A stretch of DNA of 64,000 nucleotides from an uncultured Chloroflexia bacterium (GCA_963713975.1 OY970218.1:2624001-2688000); one strand, 5' to 3'; positions 35,148 through 45,082 are shown, counted from the first letter of the stretch. Translations and numbers: made by a program. The notes: generated by a model not told the origin, from the sequence alone.

Positions 35148-37283
35148 CTACCATCGCCCCCCGCGTACGCGACCGCCACCGCCTCCACCGCCTCCACCAC
35201 CGCCCCCAAACCCGCCTGACCCCGGGCCACCGCCAGCACCGCCCCACGGGCTGCCGCCCCATCCGCTGCCGCCCCGCGCTGCGCCACTTATCGCCGCGCC
35301 CAGGATGCCGCCCACCACCGCCCCGATGATCTGCGTGTCCGCTCCCTGCGCTCGGGAGGGCCCCGCGACCGGGCCGCCGGTCCGGCTCCAACCCTCGAAC
35401 TCGCCGGCGGCGAGACGGTAGGCCTCATCGGCAAGCTGCAGGGCCCGATTGGCCGTCGCCGACGCCCCCTCCGGGTTCGTCGCCACGAGCCCCCGGGCCT
35501 CAGTCAGGCGCATCTCGGCCTCGGCGGCACGGGTCCGCGCCGTCTCCCCGACGCCATGCCGACGAGTGGTGATGTAGTCGACGGCCCTGCCTAGATGTCC
35601 CTGCGCCGTGGCGATGGCCGTCTCAGCCACCTGACGGCGGCGGGCGGCCTGGGCATTCGCGTCGGCGACCTGGGCCACGATTGCGTCGGCGGCCTGGTTC
35701 GCGGCCACGGCACGCTGGAGGGCCGTGAGGGGATCCAGGGGCCTGGCCCCGGCCACCCGTCGAGCCTCGTCGAGGGCGGTCTCGGCGGCCCGCAACGCAG
35801 TACCTGGGTCTGGGCTCACGCCGCTGGCGGTGGTGCCCGGCGCCGGGGGCCGTACGACGGGCACCCGGGCGAGTCCCGCGACGGCGTCGCGGGCCGCAGC
35901 GACGTCCCTGGCAGCGGCGTCCAGCTCGTTCGGGAGCCGAGTGGCCGCATCGTCGAGGCTCGCGGCCAGGCGCTCGACCGCCTCCACGAGCTGCGTCGCC
36001 CGGGCCATGGCATCCTGCGTGCGGCGGAGCGCGATGACACCCTCGGCGGGCTTGTCGCCCACCACGGCCCACCCCCGCTCGACCTCCTCCGATGCGGCAT
36101 CGATCGCCTTTCCGGCCTCGGTGAGGTTGCCGTCCACGGAGCCCGTGGCTGACGGGGCGTACGACTCGCGCAGCCGCGTCACGACCTGGTCGGCAGCGGT
36201 GCGGCGGACTCGCAGGGTCTCGATGGTGGCTGGGAGCGCGGCGAGCAGGGCGGGCGCCGTGGCCTCGAGGTCGCGGAGGTCGTCGAAGCGCTGCTCCTGG
36301 GCGTCGAGAAGCTGCTGGGCTCGGGTGCTCCGAGCGACCATCTCCCGCAGCATCGCATCGCGCTCGGGCGGCTTCTCCGGATACGCATCATCGAGCCGCT
36401 GGCGGAGGGCGAAGGCGGCCCGGAGCTCGTCGCCGGCGAGCCGGATGGCCTCTCGGTACGGGACCACCTCCTGGTCGCCCCACTGGGCCGCGGCGAACTC
36501 GACGTCGTTGGCCGCGTCCTTGAGCGCTTCGTCACCTTCGAGGAGGGCTCGGTTGGCGTCCCGGTTGAGTGTGTCGAGGGCTACGGCCTGGGCTCGTGCG
36601 CTCCGGCGTCGCTGCAGCAGCGTGCGGCCGACGAGCAGCAGCCCCCCGACCACCAGGAGGATCGCGAGGATCGGGACGAGGTTGAGACCGCCTCCCGAGG
36701 ATCCAGGTGCCGCGGAGCCCGACCCGGTGGCTGCCCCCGGGGTGGGGGTCGGGGCCGCGGGCGTCACCGTCACGGGTGTCGCCGTCGCGTCGGCCTGCAT
36801 CGCGAGGCCGGTGGCCGCGGCCACCGAGACCATCGCCGCCGCGAACTCGCCTTCGACGAGGGCGGGCTCGAGGGCATCGGTCAGGATCGCGTCGATCTCG
36901 GCATCGCTGATCTCGTCCAGCGACGGTCCGACCCACATGGAGTAGCTGCGGTCCTCGATCGCGACCAGGATCAGCGCATCGTTGCCGCCCAGCGAGCTGA
37001 CCGTCGCGGTGCTCTCGGTGAAGGCGTTGACGTCCTCGCCGCCCGTGGTGTCGATGTAGGCCGTGAACAGCTGGACATCGGCAGCGGCGCGCAGCTGCCT
37101 GAGCGCCGCGGCGACCTCTGCCTCGTCGGCGGGCGTCAGGACCCCGGCCTGGTCCATGACCTGCCCCCCGAGCCGCGGCGGCTCGTCGAGTGCGAGGACG
37201 GGCGCGGCCACCAGGGCGAGCAGCAGCACGGCGGCGGCAGCGGCCCGGAACGGCGGGTGAAGGAGCATCGTCCGGCAACTCAT
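35148..37283 (-). CDS. TPM domain membrane protein with coiled coil and Gly-rich tail
   Basis: Signal peptide, VMDQAGVL TPM start, TM helix, C-terminal GGRVRGGRW; start could be 37268. Confidence 0.88.
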   Translation of the reverse strand: MSCRTMLLHPPFRAAAAAVLLLALVAAPVLALDEPPRLGGQVMDQAGVLTPADEAEVAAALRQLRAAADVQLFTAYIDTTGGEDVNAFTESTATVSSLGGNDALILVAIEDRSYSMWVGPSLDEISDAEIDAILTDALEPALVEGEFAAAMVSVAAATGLAMQADATATPVTVTPAAPTPTPGAATGSGSAAPGSSGGGLNLVPILAILLVVGGLLLVGRTLLQRRRSARAQAVALDTLNRDANRALLEGDEALKDAANDVEFAAAQWGDQEVVPYREAIRLAGDELRAAFALRQRLDDAYPEKPPERDAMLREMVARSTRAQQLLDAQEQRFDDLRDLEATAPALLAALPATIETLRVRRTAADQVVTRLRESYAPSATGSVDGNLTEAGKAIDAASEEVERGWAVVGDKPAEGVIALRRTQDAMARATQLVEAVERLAASLDDAATRLPNELDAAARDVAAARDAVAGLARVPVVRPPAPGTTASGVSPDPGTALRAAETALDEARRVAGARPLDPLTALQRAVAANQAADAIVAQVADANAQAARRRQVAETAIATAQGHLGRAVDYITTRRHGVGETARTRAAEAEMRLTEARGLVATNPEGASATANRALQLADEAYRLAAGEFEGWSRTGGPVAGPSRAQGADTQIIGAVVGGILGAAISGAARGGSGWGGSPWGGAGGGPGSGGFGGGGGGGGGGGGRVRGGRW

Positions 37284-37333
37284 GGCGGTGCCCCAGATGC
37301 TACCCCGCGGCAGGTGCGTCCTGCGACGGGCTC

Positions 37334-38746
37334 TCAGATGGCGCGCAGTCTCGACGGCGGCCAGGTCCAGTCGATCGGCAGGTCCGCGGTGGAGAGCGCC
37401 CGCCTGCGACCGGCCTCGCTCGCACCCAGCACCAGGATGCGGTCGGTCTTGGTGGCCCGGCCGGCTTCGCCACCCCAGAGGCGGGTCATCTTGCGGTTGG
37501 CCGCGACCTCGTCCCGGACCACGCCGGCCAGCCGGAAGCCGGCGGGAAGCGCCGCTTCCTCCCAGGCCCGCTCCGCCAGCCGGAGGCCGTCGGAAGACGG
37601 CTTGCCGCGATCCATCTCCACGTCCCCGATCACCACGACGGCGATCCCGTCGTCGGTCAGCGCCGGACGGAGATCGGTGAGGACGTCCCGCAGGAACGCG
37701 AGGTACGGCTCGCGCTTGTGTGCATCGTCCAGCTGCGCGTCGATCGTCGCCGCGTCGAAGCCGAGGAGCCAGGTCCGCAGCCAGTTGTAGTAGCCGTACT
37801 TGAGGACACGGAGGTACGGCGGGGACGTCACCACCAGGCGGGCGCGATCAGGCAGGCCGTGCGCCCGGAGCACTGTCCGTGCCCGGCTTCCCGCGGTGCG
37901 CGCGTCGCCGCGCAGGGCGATCCCGGCCGTCGTCGGCAGCGGCTGGCGGTACAGGCGGTCGAGCTTAGCCGACAGCAGATCAAAGACGTCTCGCTGGGGC
38001 GGCTCGTACCCGGTCCGTGCCACGAAGTCGCGCACGTATCGAGGCGCCATGGAGAACGTGTTGGGCATGATCGTGGACAGGTAGGACGGCGTCTTGCCGT
38101 GCAGCATCCCCGCCAGTGCCCCGGCCAGGAAGCGATCGGTTCGATCGTCGAGAACCAGGTGTGAGCGGACCAGCAGCAGCTGGGCGAGGGTGCGTGGATG
38201 GAACGCGAGGGCAACCTCGTCGGGGACGGTCTCCGCTCGGGACGTGGGATCGGCCGCCGACCCTGCTGCCGGGACGAAGGCGGACGGGTGACCGGGACGC
38301 GTCTTGACCCGCTCGGCGAGGGCGAGCCACGACGGCGCATCGGCGGCCCAGGCGAGGCGGAGGGCCGCCAGGCGCGTCCGGGACTCGGCCGATGTCGCGG
38401 GCTCCAGCTTGGCGGCCGTCAGCACGTGGGCGAGCGGGTTGAGGTCGTTGCCGACGCCGATCCGGCCCTCGGCCGCCGCCTGGACCGGGGCAGTCCCGCG
38501 GCCGCTGAACGGGTCCAGCACGACGTCGCCGGGCCGCGAGTAGCGGGCGATGAAGGCATGCGCGAGGGACGCGGGGAAGCTCGCAAGGTAGGAGCACATC
38601 GGGTGGAGGCTGTGGCCCCACAGGCGTGCCTGATCCTTCCACTCGGGCTCGATGGCCAGGGCGGGCAGGGCGGGCAGGGCGCTCGGCAGCTCGAGGGCGA
38701 GCTGGCCGACGGCGATCGGTCGCGTTCGGACGGTCTGAGCGGGCAT
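37334..38746 (-). CDS. orphan DNA amino-methyltransferase (probably N4-cytosine, alpha order)
   Basis: SYLASFP, VLDPFSGRGT (motif I) preceding TSPPY (motif IV), VIGD. Confidence 0.85.
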   Translation of the reverse strand: MPAQTVRTRPIAVGQLALELPSALPALPALAIEPEWKDQARLWGHSLHPMCSYLASFPASLAHAFIARYSRPGDVVLDPFSGRGTAPVQAAAEGRIGVGNDLNPLAHVLTAAKLEPATSAESRTRLAALRLAWAADAPSWLALAERVKTRPGHPSAFVPAAGSAADPTSRAETVPDEVALAFHPRTLAQLLLVRSHLVLDDRTDRFLAGALAGMLHGKTPSYLSTIMPNTFSMAPRYVRDFVARTGYEPPQRDVFDLLSAKLDRLYRQPLPTTAGIALRGDARTAGSRARTVLRAHGLPDRARLVVTSPPYLRVLKYGYYNWLRTWLLGFDAATIDAQLDDAHKREPYLAFLRDVLTDLRPALTDDGIAVVVIGDVEMDRGKPSSDGLRLAERAWEEAALPAGFRLAGVVRDEVAANRKMTRLWGGEAGRATKTDRILVLGASEAGRRRALSTADLPIDWTWPPSRLRAI

Positions 38747-38912
38747 TCCCGGGCTCGATCAGGGATCGCGCGGGATTGGGCCCCGCCGCGAAGGGCGGCC
38801 AGCGTAGCACCGCGTTGCGTCCGCGCAACTGGGACGATCGGCCTATCCCGATGCGGACTGGCCGTCCGCGGAGTCGAGCGACCGGAGTCGCGTAGACTCC
38901 GAGCGGAGCCGC

Positions 38913-38988
38913 GCCCCCGTAGCTCAGCGGATAGAGCAGCCGCCTTCTAAGCGGTTGGTCGCAGGTTCGAGTCCTGCCGGGGGCGCCA
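38913..38988 (+). tRNA. tRNA-Arg(TCT)
   Basis: Acceptor GCCCCCG/CGGGGGC, anticodon arm GCCGC-CTTCTAA-GCGGT, T-loop TTCGAGT, encoded CCA. Confidence 0.97.
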
Positions 38989-39004
38989 ATGCCGGGGGCG
39001 CCAA
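38975..39004 (+). repeat. perfect tandem 15-bp duplication of the tRNA-Arg 3' end
   Basis: TGCCGGGGGCGCCAA at 38975-38989 and again at 38990-39004. Confidence 0.9.
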
Positions 39005-39214
39005 CGAGCCTCGCTCCCGGCCATAGGTCCCGCGGCGGAGGACCGGCAGGCACCCGGCTGACTGCGTTCCGAACCCCGCAGTCGGGACGTGCGGCACGCA
39101 GCGCGGTCACTGTGGTCCCGTAGCATCGTGTTGACGGATCAGACACACTCGGTCGCAGCAATCCTGTGCGCCCGCGTCCCGTCCCTGCTCCGGGTTGACC
39201 TGGAGGGAGGCCAC

Positions 39215-39706
39215 ATGCCCGCATTGTTCGCCAAGCCAGCAGCGCCGAGTGATGACAAGCGCTGGAAGATCGTCGAGACCCGGATGCGGCGGATGGGCGA
39301 CCGTCCGGCGGCCCTGATCGAGGCGCTGCACGCGGCCCAGGAGGCCTTCGGGTACCTGGACGAGGATGCCCTCCACTACGTCGGCGACACGCTGCGGGTG
39401 CCGCACTCGCGCGTCTACGGCGTCGCGACCTTCTACTCCTTCTTCACGCTCAAGCCGCAGGGCGAGCACACGTGCGTGGTCTGCACGGGCACGGCCTGCT
39501 ACATCAATGGCGCGAAGGAGATCCTGGCCGCGCTCGAGACCCACATCGGGGTCAAGCCGAAGGAGACGACTGCCGACGGCAAGGTGTCCATCCTGACCGC
39601 CCGCTGCCTTGGCGCCTGCAGCCTCGCGCCGGCGGTGATCGTGGATGGCGACGTCAAGGGCAAGATCGCCGCCGCCGACCTGGTGGCGCAGTTGGAGGCG
39701 TTGTGA
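39215..39706 (+). CDS. hoxE: bidirectional hydrogenase diaphorase subunit (NuoE-like)
   Basis: ALIEALHAAQEAFGYL, YGVATFY, CTGTAC, CLGAC [2Fe-2S]; SD GGAGG. Confidence 0.9.
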   Translation: MPALFAKPAAPSDDKRWKIVETRMRRMGDRPAALIEALHAAQEAFGYLDEDALHYVGDTLRVPHSRVYGVATFYSFFTLKPQGEHTCVVCTGTACYINGAKEILAALETHIGVKPKETTADGKVSILTARCLGACSLAPAVIVDGDVKGKIAAADLVAQLEAL

Positions 39707-41361
39707 GCGAGCAGCCCGTCGCGGCGCGGCCCATCCGCCGCCGCGTGATCACCGAGGAAGTCCACGAGGGTCCCGTACGTGCGCGCGCGTTCGTGTGCGA
39801 GGCCGCGAGCTGCATGTCGGCGCAGGCCCATGACGTGACCCTGCGGCTGGGCGAGGCGGCCGCGGAGGCCGGTCTGACCGATGTCGTCGTCAAGCGTGTC
39901 GGCTGCCTGGGCCTGTGTGCCGCGGGTCCGCTGGTCGAGATTCCGGAGACAGGTCGCCTGTTCAGCGCGGTCACGCCCGACGATGTGACACCCATCATCG
40001 ACGCACTCAGGGCTGTGACCCCGGAGGACACGCCGCAGCCCCAGGGCCCGTTCTTCGAGCGGCAGCTCCGCGTGGCCACCGAGAACATGGGCCGGATCGA
40101 CCCGGAGAGCCTGGACGACTACGTCGAGCGGGGCGGCTACGAGGCACTCAAGCGCATCCTGTCCGACATGACGTCCACGGAGGTCCGCGAGGAGCTCAGC
40201 AGGAGCGGGCTGCGAGGGCGCGGCGGTGCCGGCTACCCGACGGCGCTCAAGTGGACCACCGTGGCCAAGGCCGAAGGCACGCAGAAGTACGTGATCTGCA
40301 ACGCGGACGAGGGTGATCCCGGCGCGTTCATGGACCGCAGCGTGCTCGAGAGCGACCCGTTCCGTGTGCTCGAGGGCATGGCGATCGCCGCCTTCGCCGT
40401 CCACGCCACCGAGGGCTACATCTACTGCCGCGCGGAGTACCCGCTCGCAGTTGCCCGCCTCCGGTCCGCCATCCGGTCTGCTCAACGGGCAGGCCTGCTA
40501 GGCTCCAACATCGCCGACACGTCCTTCTCGTTCGACATCCAGATCCGGCTCGGAGCCGGCGCCTTCGTGTGCGGCGAGGAGACGGCGCTCATCCAGTCGG
40601 TCGAGGGCAAACGCGGCACGCCGAGGCCCAGGCCTCCGTACCCGGCCGTGCAGGGCCTGTTCGATTGCCCGACGCTGATCAACAACGTCGAGACCTTTGC
40701 CAACGTGCCGGCCATCCTGCGCAAGGGGGCGGACTGGTACGCGCAGATCGGGATCGGCAAGAGCCGCGGCACCAAGGTGTTCGCGCTCGCTGGCCGCATC
40801 GTCAACACGGGCCTCGTGGAGGTCCCGATGGGGATGTCGCTGCGCGAGATCATCTTTGACATCGGCGGGGGGATCATCGGCGGCCGGCCGTTCAAGGCGG
40901 TCCAGACCGGTGGCCCGTCCGGGGGCTGCATCCCCGCCGAGCATCTCGACATGCCGGTCAGCTACGAGACCCTGATCGAGCTGGGCTCGTTCATGGGCTC
41001 GGGCGGCATGATCGTCATGGACGACACCTCGTGCATGGTGGACGTCGCCAAGTACTTCATGGACTTCTGCCGCGACGAGTCCTGCGGCAAGTGTGTCCCG
41101 TGCCGGGTGGGCACGACCCAGATGTACATGCTCCTGGACCTCATCACGAGGGGTCGCGCCACGATGGCGGACCTCGAGCAGCTTGAGCGTCTCGCCGGCA
41201 TCGTCCAGCGGATGTCGCTGTGCGGCCTGGGGCAGGGAGCGCCGAACCCAATCTTCAGCACCCTGCGCTACTTCCGGGACGAGTACAACGCCCACATCGT
41301 GGACAGGGTGTGTCCCGCCGGGGTCTGCGTCATCGAGCAGCCTGCGGAGGTGATGGCATGA
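39703..41361 (+). CDS. hoxF: diaphorase FMN subunit (NuoF-like)
   Basis: N-terminal 2Fe-2S domain, GRGGAGYPT, CNADEGDP, CGEETAL, CGKCVPC...CGLG; GTGA overlap. Confidence 0.92.
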   Translation: MSEQPVAARPIRRRVITEEVHEGPVRARAFVCEAASCMSAQAHDVTLRLGEAAAEAGLTDVVVKRVGCLGLCAAGPLVEIPETGRLFSAVTPDDVTPIIDALRAVTPEDTPQPQGPFFERQLRVATENMGRIDPESLDDYVERGGYEALKRILSDMTSTEVREELSRSGLRGRGGAGYPTALKWTTVAKAEGTQKYVICNADEGDPGAFMDRSVLESDPFRVLEGMAIAAFAVHATEGYIYCRAEYPLAVARLRSAIRSAQRAGLLGSNIADTSFSFDIQIRLGAGAFVCGEETALIQSVEGKRGTPRPRPPYPAVQGLFDCPTLINNVETFANVPAILRKGADWYAQIGIGKSRGTKVFALAGRIVNTGLVEVPMGMSLREIIFDIGGGIIGGRPFKAVQTGGPSGGCIPAEHLDMPVSYETLIELGSFMGSGGMIVMDDTSCMVDVAKYFMDFCRDESCGKCVPCRVGTTQMYMLLDLITRGRATMADLEQLERLAGIVQRMSLCGLGQGAPNPIFSTLRYFRDEYNAHIVDRVCPAGVCVIEQPAEVMA

Positions 41362-42071
41362 CGGTCTACACCCTGACGATCGACGGCAAGGACGTCGCCG
41401 GCAACGACGGCCAGACGATCATGGACGTGGCCGAGGAGAACGGGATCGATATCCCGGGCCTGTGCCACCTGCCGGGCATCCACGACCGGGGCGCCTGCCG
41501 GCTGTGTGTCGTGGAGATCGCGGGCTCGCCAAAGCTCGCCGCAGCCTGCGTCACCCGGATCACCGAGGGCATGCAGGTGACGGCCCACTCGGAGGCACTG
41601 CTCGAGTACCGGCGCACGGCGACCGAGATGATGTTCCTGGAGCGCAATCACGTATGCGCGGTTTGCGTCGCCAACAACCACTGTGAGTTGCAAGACATGG
41701 CCGACGGGCTCGGCGTCAGCCACTTCGAGCTGCCACGCATCAGCCCCAAGGTCGACATCGATGCCAGCCACCGGCTGTTCGCGATCGATCACAACCGGTG
41801 CATCCTGTGCCTGCGCTGCGTCCGGGTGTGCGACGAGATCGAGGGCGCGCACACGTGGGACGTGATGCAGCGTGGTCTGGAGACCCGGGTCCAGACGGAC
41901 ATGGGCATCCCGTGGGGCGAGTCCCCGACCTGCACCAGCTGCGGCAAATGCGTCCAGGTCTGTCCAACCGGCGCCCTGTTCGAGAAGGGACGGCCGGTTG
42001 CGGCCGGCACCAGGACGACGCGTCCGTTCCTGCCCTGGCTGAGGGTCCGCACCGAGGAGACAGGGCTGTGA
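41358..42071 (+). CDS. hoxU: diaphorase Fe-S subunit
   Basis: CRLC, HVCAVC, CILCLRC, CTSCGKCVQVCP. Confidence 0.92.
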   Translation: MTVYTLTIDGKDVAGNDGQTIMDVAEENGIDIPGLCHLPGIHDRGACRLCVVEIAGSPKLAAACVTRITEGMQVTAHSEALLEYRRTATEMMFLERNHVCAVCVANNHCELQDMADGLGVSHFELPRISPKVDIDASHRLFAIDHNRCILCLRCVRVCDEIEGAHTWDVMQRGLETRVQTDMGIPWGESPTCTSCGKCVQVCPTGALFEKGRPVAAGTRTTRPFLPWLRVRTEETGL

Positions 42072-42598
42072 CCAAACCGCGAGTCGCAACAGTCTGGCTC
42101 GATGGGTGTTCGGGCTGCCACATGTCGCTGGTCGACCTCGACGAGCGGCTGCTCGACATCTTCGAGCGCGCGGACCTCGTCTACGGTCCGTTGGTGGACG
42201 TGAAGGAGTTCCCCGAGAACGTGGACGTGTGCCTGGTGGAGGGTGCTGTCTCCAGCGAGGACGATCTCGAACGGATCCACATCGTGCGCGAGCGGACGAA
42301 GACGCTGATCGCCTTCGGGGACTGCGCCGTCACCTCCAACGTGCCCGGCATGCGGAACCCGATCGGGGTGCAGCCACTCCTGGACCGGGCGTACCTGGAG
42401 AACGCGACCCTGAACCTGATGGTGCCCGACCTCGTCGTGCCCAAGCTGCTGCCGACGTCCCAGCCGGTCAACCGCTTCGTCCACGTGGACATCTTCCTGC
42501 CCGGGTGTCCGCCCAGCGCCGACCTGATCTACACGCTGCTCGACGACCTGCTCTCCGGCAGGACCCCCGAGCTCGTGGGCGCCCGGTTCGGGCGCTGA
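42068..42598 (+). CDS. hoxY: NiFe hydrogenase small subunit
   Basis: WLDGCSGCHMS, GDCA, PGCPP. Confidence 0.92.
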   Translation: MTKPRVATVWLDGCSGCHMSLVDLDERLLDIFERADLVYGPLVDVKEFPENVDVCLVEGAVSSEDDLERIHIVRERTKTLIAFGDCAVTSNVPGMRNPIGVQPLLDRAYLENATLNLMVPDLVVPKLLPTSQPVNRFVHVDIFLPGCPPSADLIYTLLDDLLSGRTPELVGARFGR

Positions 42599-42608
42599 GG
42601 AGCCCGAG

Positions 42609-44030
42609 ATGAGCCAGACCATCGTCATCGATCCCGTCACCCGGATCGAAGGCCATTCCAAGATCACTATCCAGCTCGACGACCGCGGTGAAGTGGTCGA
42701 CGCGCACTTCCACGTGACCCAGTTCCGCGGCTTCGAGCGGATCGTCCAGGGTCGCCCGGTGCACGAGATGCCGGCGATCATGGCCCGCATCTGCGGGATC
42801 TGCCCGGTGAGCCACCTCGTGGCCTCGGCCAAGGCCGTGGACGACATCATGGCCGTGGAGCCGACGCCGACGGGTGCCGATCTGCGGCGCGTGATCAACC
42901 TGGGCCAGATCGTCCAGTCGAACGCGCTGTCGTTCTTCCACCTGTCCTCGCCGGACCTGCTGTTCGGCTTCGACGCCGATCCGGCGGTGCGCAACATCAT
43001 CGGCGTTGCCCGCAAGAACCCGCAGCTGGCCAAGGACGGCATCGGGCTCCGCAAGTGGGGCCAGCAGATCATCGAGTGGCTCGGCGGCAAGCGGATCCAC
43101 CCCGAGGGCATCGTGCCGGGCGGCGTCGCCTTCCAGCTCACGGAGGAGGTCCGCGACCGGATCCTGGCCGGCGTGCCGGAGGCCATCGCGGCCGTGGAGC
43201 GGGCGATTGCCTGGTACAAGACCGACATGATCCGCTGGGAGGAGGAGGCCGCGACCTTCGGCAACTTCCGCTCGGCGTTCATGGGGCTCGTCGACCGCCA
43301 CGGCAACGTGGACCACTACGGCGGCTGGATGCGCGTGGTGGATGCGGACGGCCACTACCTGGCCGACAAGGTGGACCCCAAGACCTTCAACGACTACATC
43401 GGTGAGGCTGTGGAGCCTTGGTCGTACCTCAAGACGACCTACTGGAAGCCGATGGGCTACCCGGACGGGATCTATCGCGTGGGGCCGCTCGCACGGCTCA
43501 ACGTGGCGGAGCGTTGCGGAACGCCACGCGCCGATGAGGAGCTGGAGAAGTTCCGCTGGCGCGTGGGGCGCGTGGCGCTGTCGTCCTTCCACTACCACTA
43601 CGCGCGACTGATCGACACCCTGAATGCCATCGAGAAGGTCGACGAGCTGCTGCGCGGTCCGGAGATCCTCGGCAAGCACACCCGGTCCGTGGCCGGCATC
43701 AACCGTAACGAGGGGATCGGCGTGTCCGAGGCCCCACGCGGAACCCTGATGCACCACTACAAGGTGGACGACAACGGGCTGGTGGAGTGGGCGAACCTTG
43801 TGATCGCCACCGGCCACAACAACGCGGCCATGAACCGCGCGGTGCTCCAGGTGGCCCGCAAGCACGTCAAGGGGGACCGGCTCGAGGAGCCCATGCTCAA
43901 CCGCGTGGAGGCGGTCATCCGCTGCTACGACCCCTGCCTCTCGTGCTCGACGCACGCCCTTGGACAGATGGCCCTCCGGATCCAGCTGCTGGCCCCGGGA
44001 GGGGAGGTCCTGGGCGAGATCGCCCGCTGA
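42609..44030 (+). CDS. hoxH: group 3d NiFe hydrogenase large subunit
   Basis: TRIEGH, RICGIC (L1), DPCLSCSTH (L2) plus cleavable C-terminal extension. Confidence 0.95.
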   Translation: MSQTIVIDPVTRIEGHSKITIQLDDRGEVVDAHFHVTQFRGFERIVQGRPVHEMPAIMARICGICPVSHLVASAKAVDDIMAVEPTPTGADLRRVINLGQIVQSNALSFFHLSSPDLLFGFDADPAVRNIIGVARKNPQLAKDGIGLRKWGQQIIEWLGGKRIHPEGIVPGGVAFQLTEEVRDRILAGVPEAIAAVERAIAWYKTDMIRWEEEAATFGNFRSAFMGLVDRHGNVDHYGGWMRVVDADGHYLADKVDPKTFNDYIGEAVEPWSYLKTTYWKPMGYPDGIYRVGPLARLNVAERCGTPRADEELEKFRWRVGRVALSSFHYHYARLIDTLNAIEKVDELLRGPEILGKHTRSVAGINRNEGIGVSEAPRGTLMHHYKVDDNGLVEWANLVIATGHNNAAMNRAVLQVARKHVKGDRLEEPMLNRVEAVIRCYDPCLSCSTHALGQMALRIQLLAPGGEVLGEIAR

Positions 44031-44032
44031 CG

Positions 44033-44491
44033 ATGGCCGGGCCGGTGCTTGTCGTGGGGTACGGCAACCCGCTGCGCTCCGACGACGGCGTCGGGCCCGC
44101 GGTCGCCGAGCGCCTGGCCGGGGACGCGCGCCTTGTGGGTGTCAGTGTCCGCGCCGAGCACCAGCTGACGCCGGAGCTCGCCTTCGACGCGAGCACGGCG
44201 TCACTCCTCGTCCTGGTGGATGCCAGCGTCGATCAGGCGCCCGGGGTCGTCTCGGTGCGTGAGCTTGAGCCCGATCTCGACCCAGGCACGGCCTGGACGC
44301 ACCACCTCGATCCATCCGGCCTGGTGGGCCTGGCGCGCGAGCTCTGGGGCACGGCGCCGCCCGTGGTCCTCGTCAGCGTCGGCCCGGCCTCGCTCGACCT
44401 CGGGGAGTCGCTGTCCGACATCGTGGCGGCCGCCGTCCCGCGCGCCGCCGACGCGGTCGTCGCCATCGTGGAGGAGCACGGCCGTGCATGA
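44033..44491 (+). CDS. hoxW: hydrogenase maturation protease
   Basis: GYGNPLRSDDGVG, HQLTPE, VDA, THH. Confidence 0.9.
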   Translation: MAGPVLVVGYGNPLRSDDGVGPAVAERLAGDARLVGVSVRAEHQLTPELAFDASTASLLVLVDASVDQAPGVVSVRELEPDLDPGTAWTHHLDPSGLVGLARELWGTAPPVVLVSVGPASLDLGESLSDIVAAAVPRAADAVVAIVEEHGRA

Positions 44492-44825
44492 GGTTGGCCT
44501 GGTCGCGGAGCTGGTCGACGCGGCCGTGGACCGGTCCGGTGGCGCTCCGGTCGCCGTGGTCCGCGTGCGTCGGGCCACGACCATCCCGGATGACGTCCTC
44601 CGCCAGGCATTCGCGATGCTCGTGCCGGGCGGCCCGCTCGAGGAGGCCGTGCTGGAGGTCGAGACGTTCGACGTGCGTCTCGCGTGCAGTTGCGGCTTCG
44701 ATGGCGCGCTGGAGCACGACGACGTGATCGGGCCATCACAGGCCGTATGCCCCGGCTGCAGCGAGCTGCGGGGCATCCCGCCCACCGCCGAGCTCGAGCT
44801 CCTGGAGGTCCGGCCCGCGGAGTGA
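44484..44825 (+). CDS. hypA: nickel metallochaperone HypA (CxC...CxxC variant)
   Basis: N-terminal MHE, CSC and CPGC zinc ligands; overlaps hoxW. Confidence 0.8.
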   Translation: MHEVGLVAELVDAAVDRSGGAPVAVVRVRRATTIPDDVLRQAFAMLVPGGPLEEAVLEVETFDVRLACSCGFDGALEHDDVIGPSQAVCPGCSELRGIPPTAELELLEVRPAE

Positions 44826-45046
44826 CCGTGCCGCCGTGAGGCGGGACGCCGGTGCATCCCGGCACCGATTCCTGCGCAGGCGGCGTGCAACCGTGTCACA
44901 GCCGATGAACAATGCGTGTTGGCGCCCGATCCGGGCTTCCTGGCATCCGGGCGCCTGCCCGGGGGCCGGTGATCGCGATCGATCGACGCATGGTTGTGCC
45001 CCCAAGCGCCGCTCGCGCGGTCCCGGCCCCGACGGGGCCCTGCTCC

Positions 45047-45082
45047 TTCTCGTGCTCGACCCCCGTTTCTCGTGCTCGACCC
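45047..45082 (+). repeat. 16-bp direct repeat with 20-bp period
   Basis: TTCTCGTGCTCGACCC at 45047-45062 and 45067-45082. Confidence 0.9.

Noticed and set aside
39128-39146. FNR/CRP/Rex box upstream of hoxE (TGTTGACGGATCAGACA)
   Set aside because: Imperfect symmetry and spacing that matches none of these consensus sites.
39215-42071. Complex I nuoEFG
   Set aside because: Followed directly by hydrogenase small and large subunits, and the NuoG-like protein is short, so this is hoxEFU.
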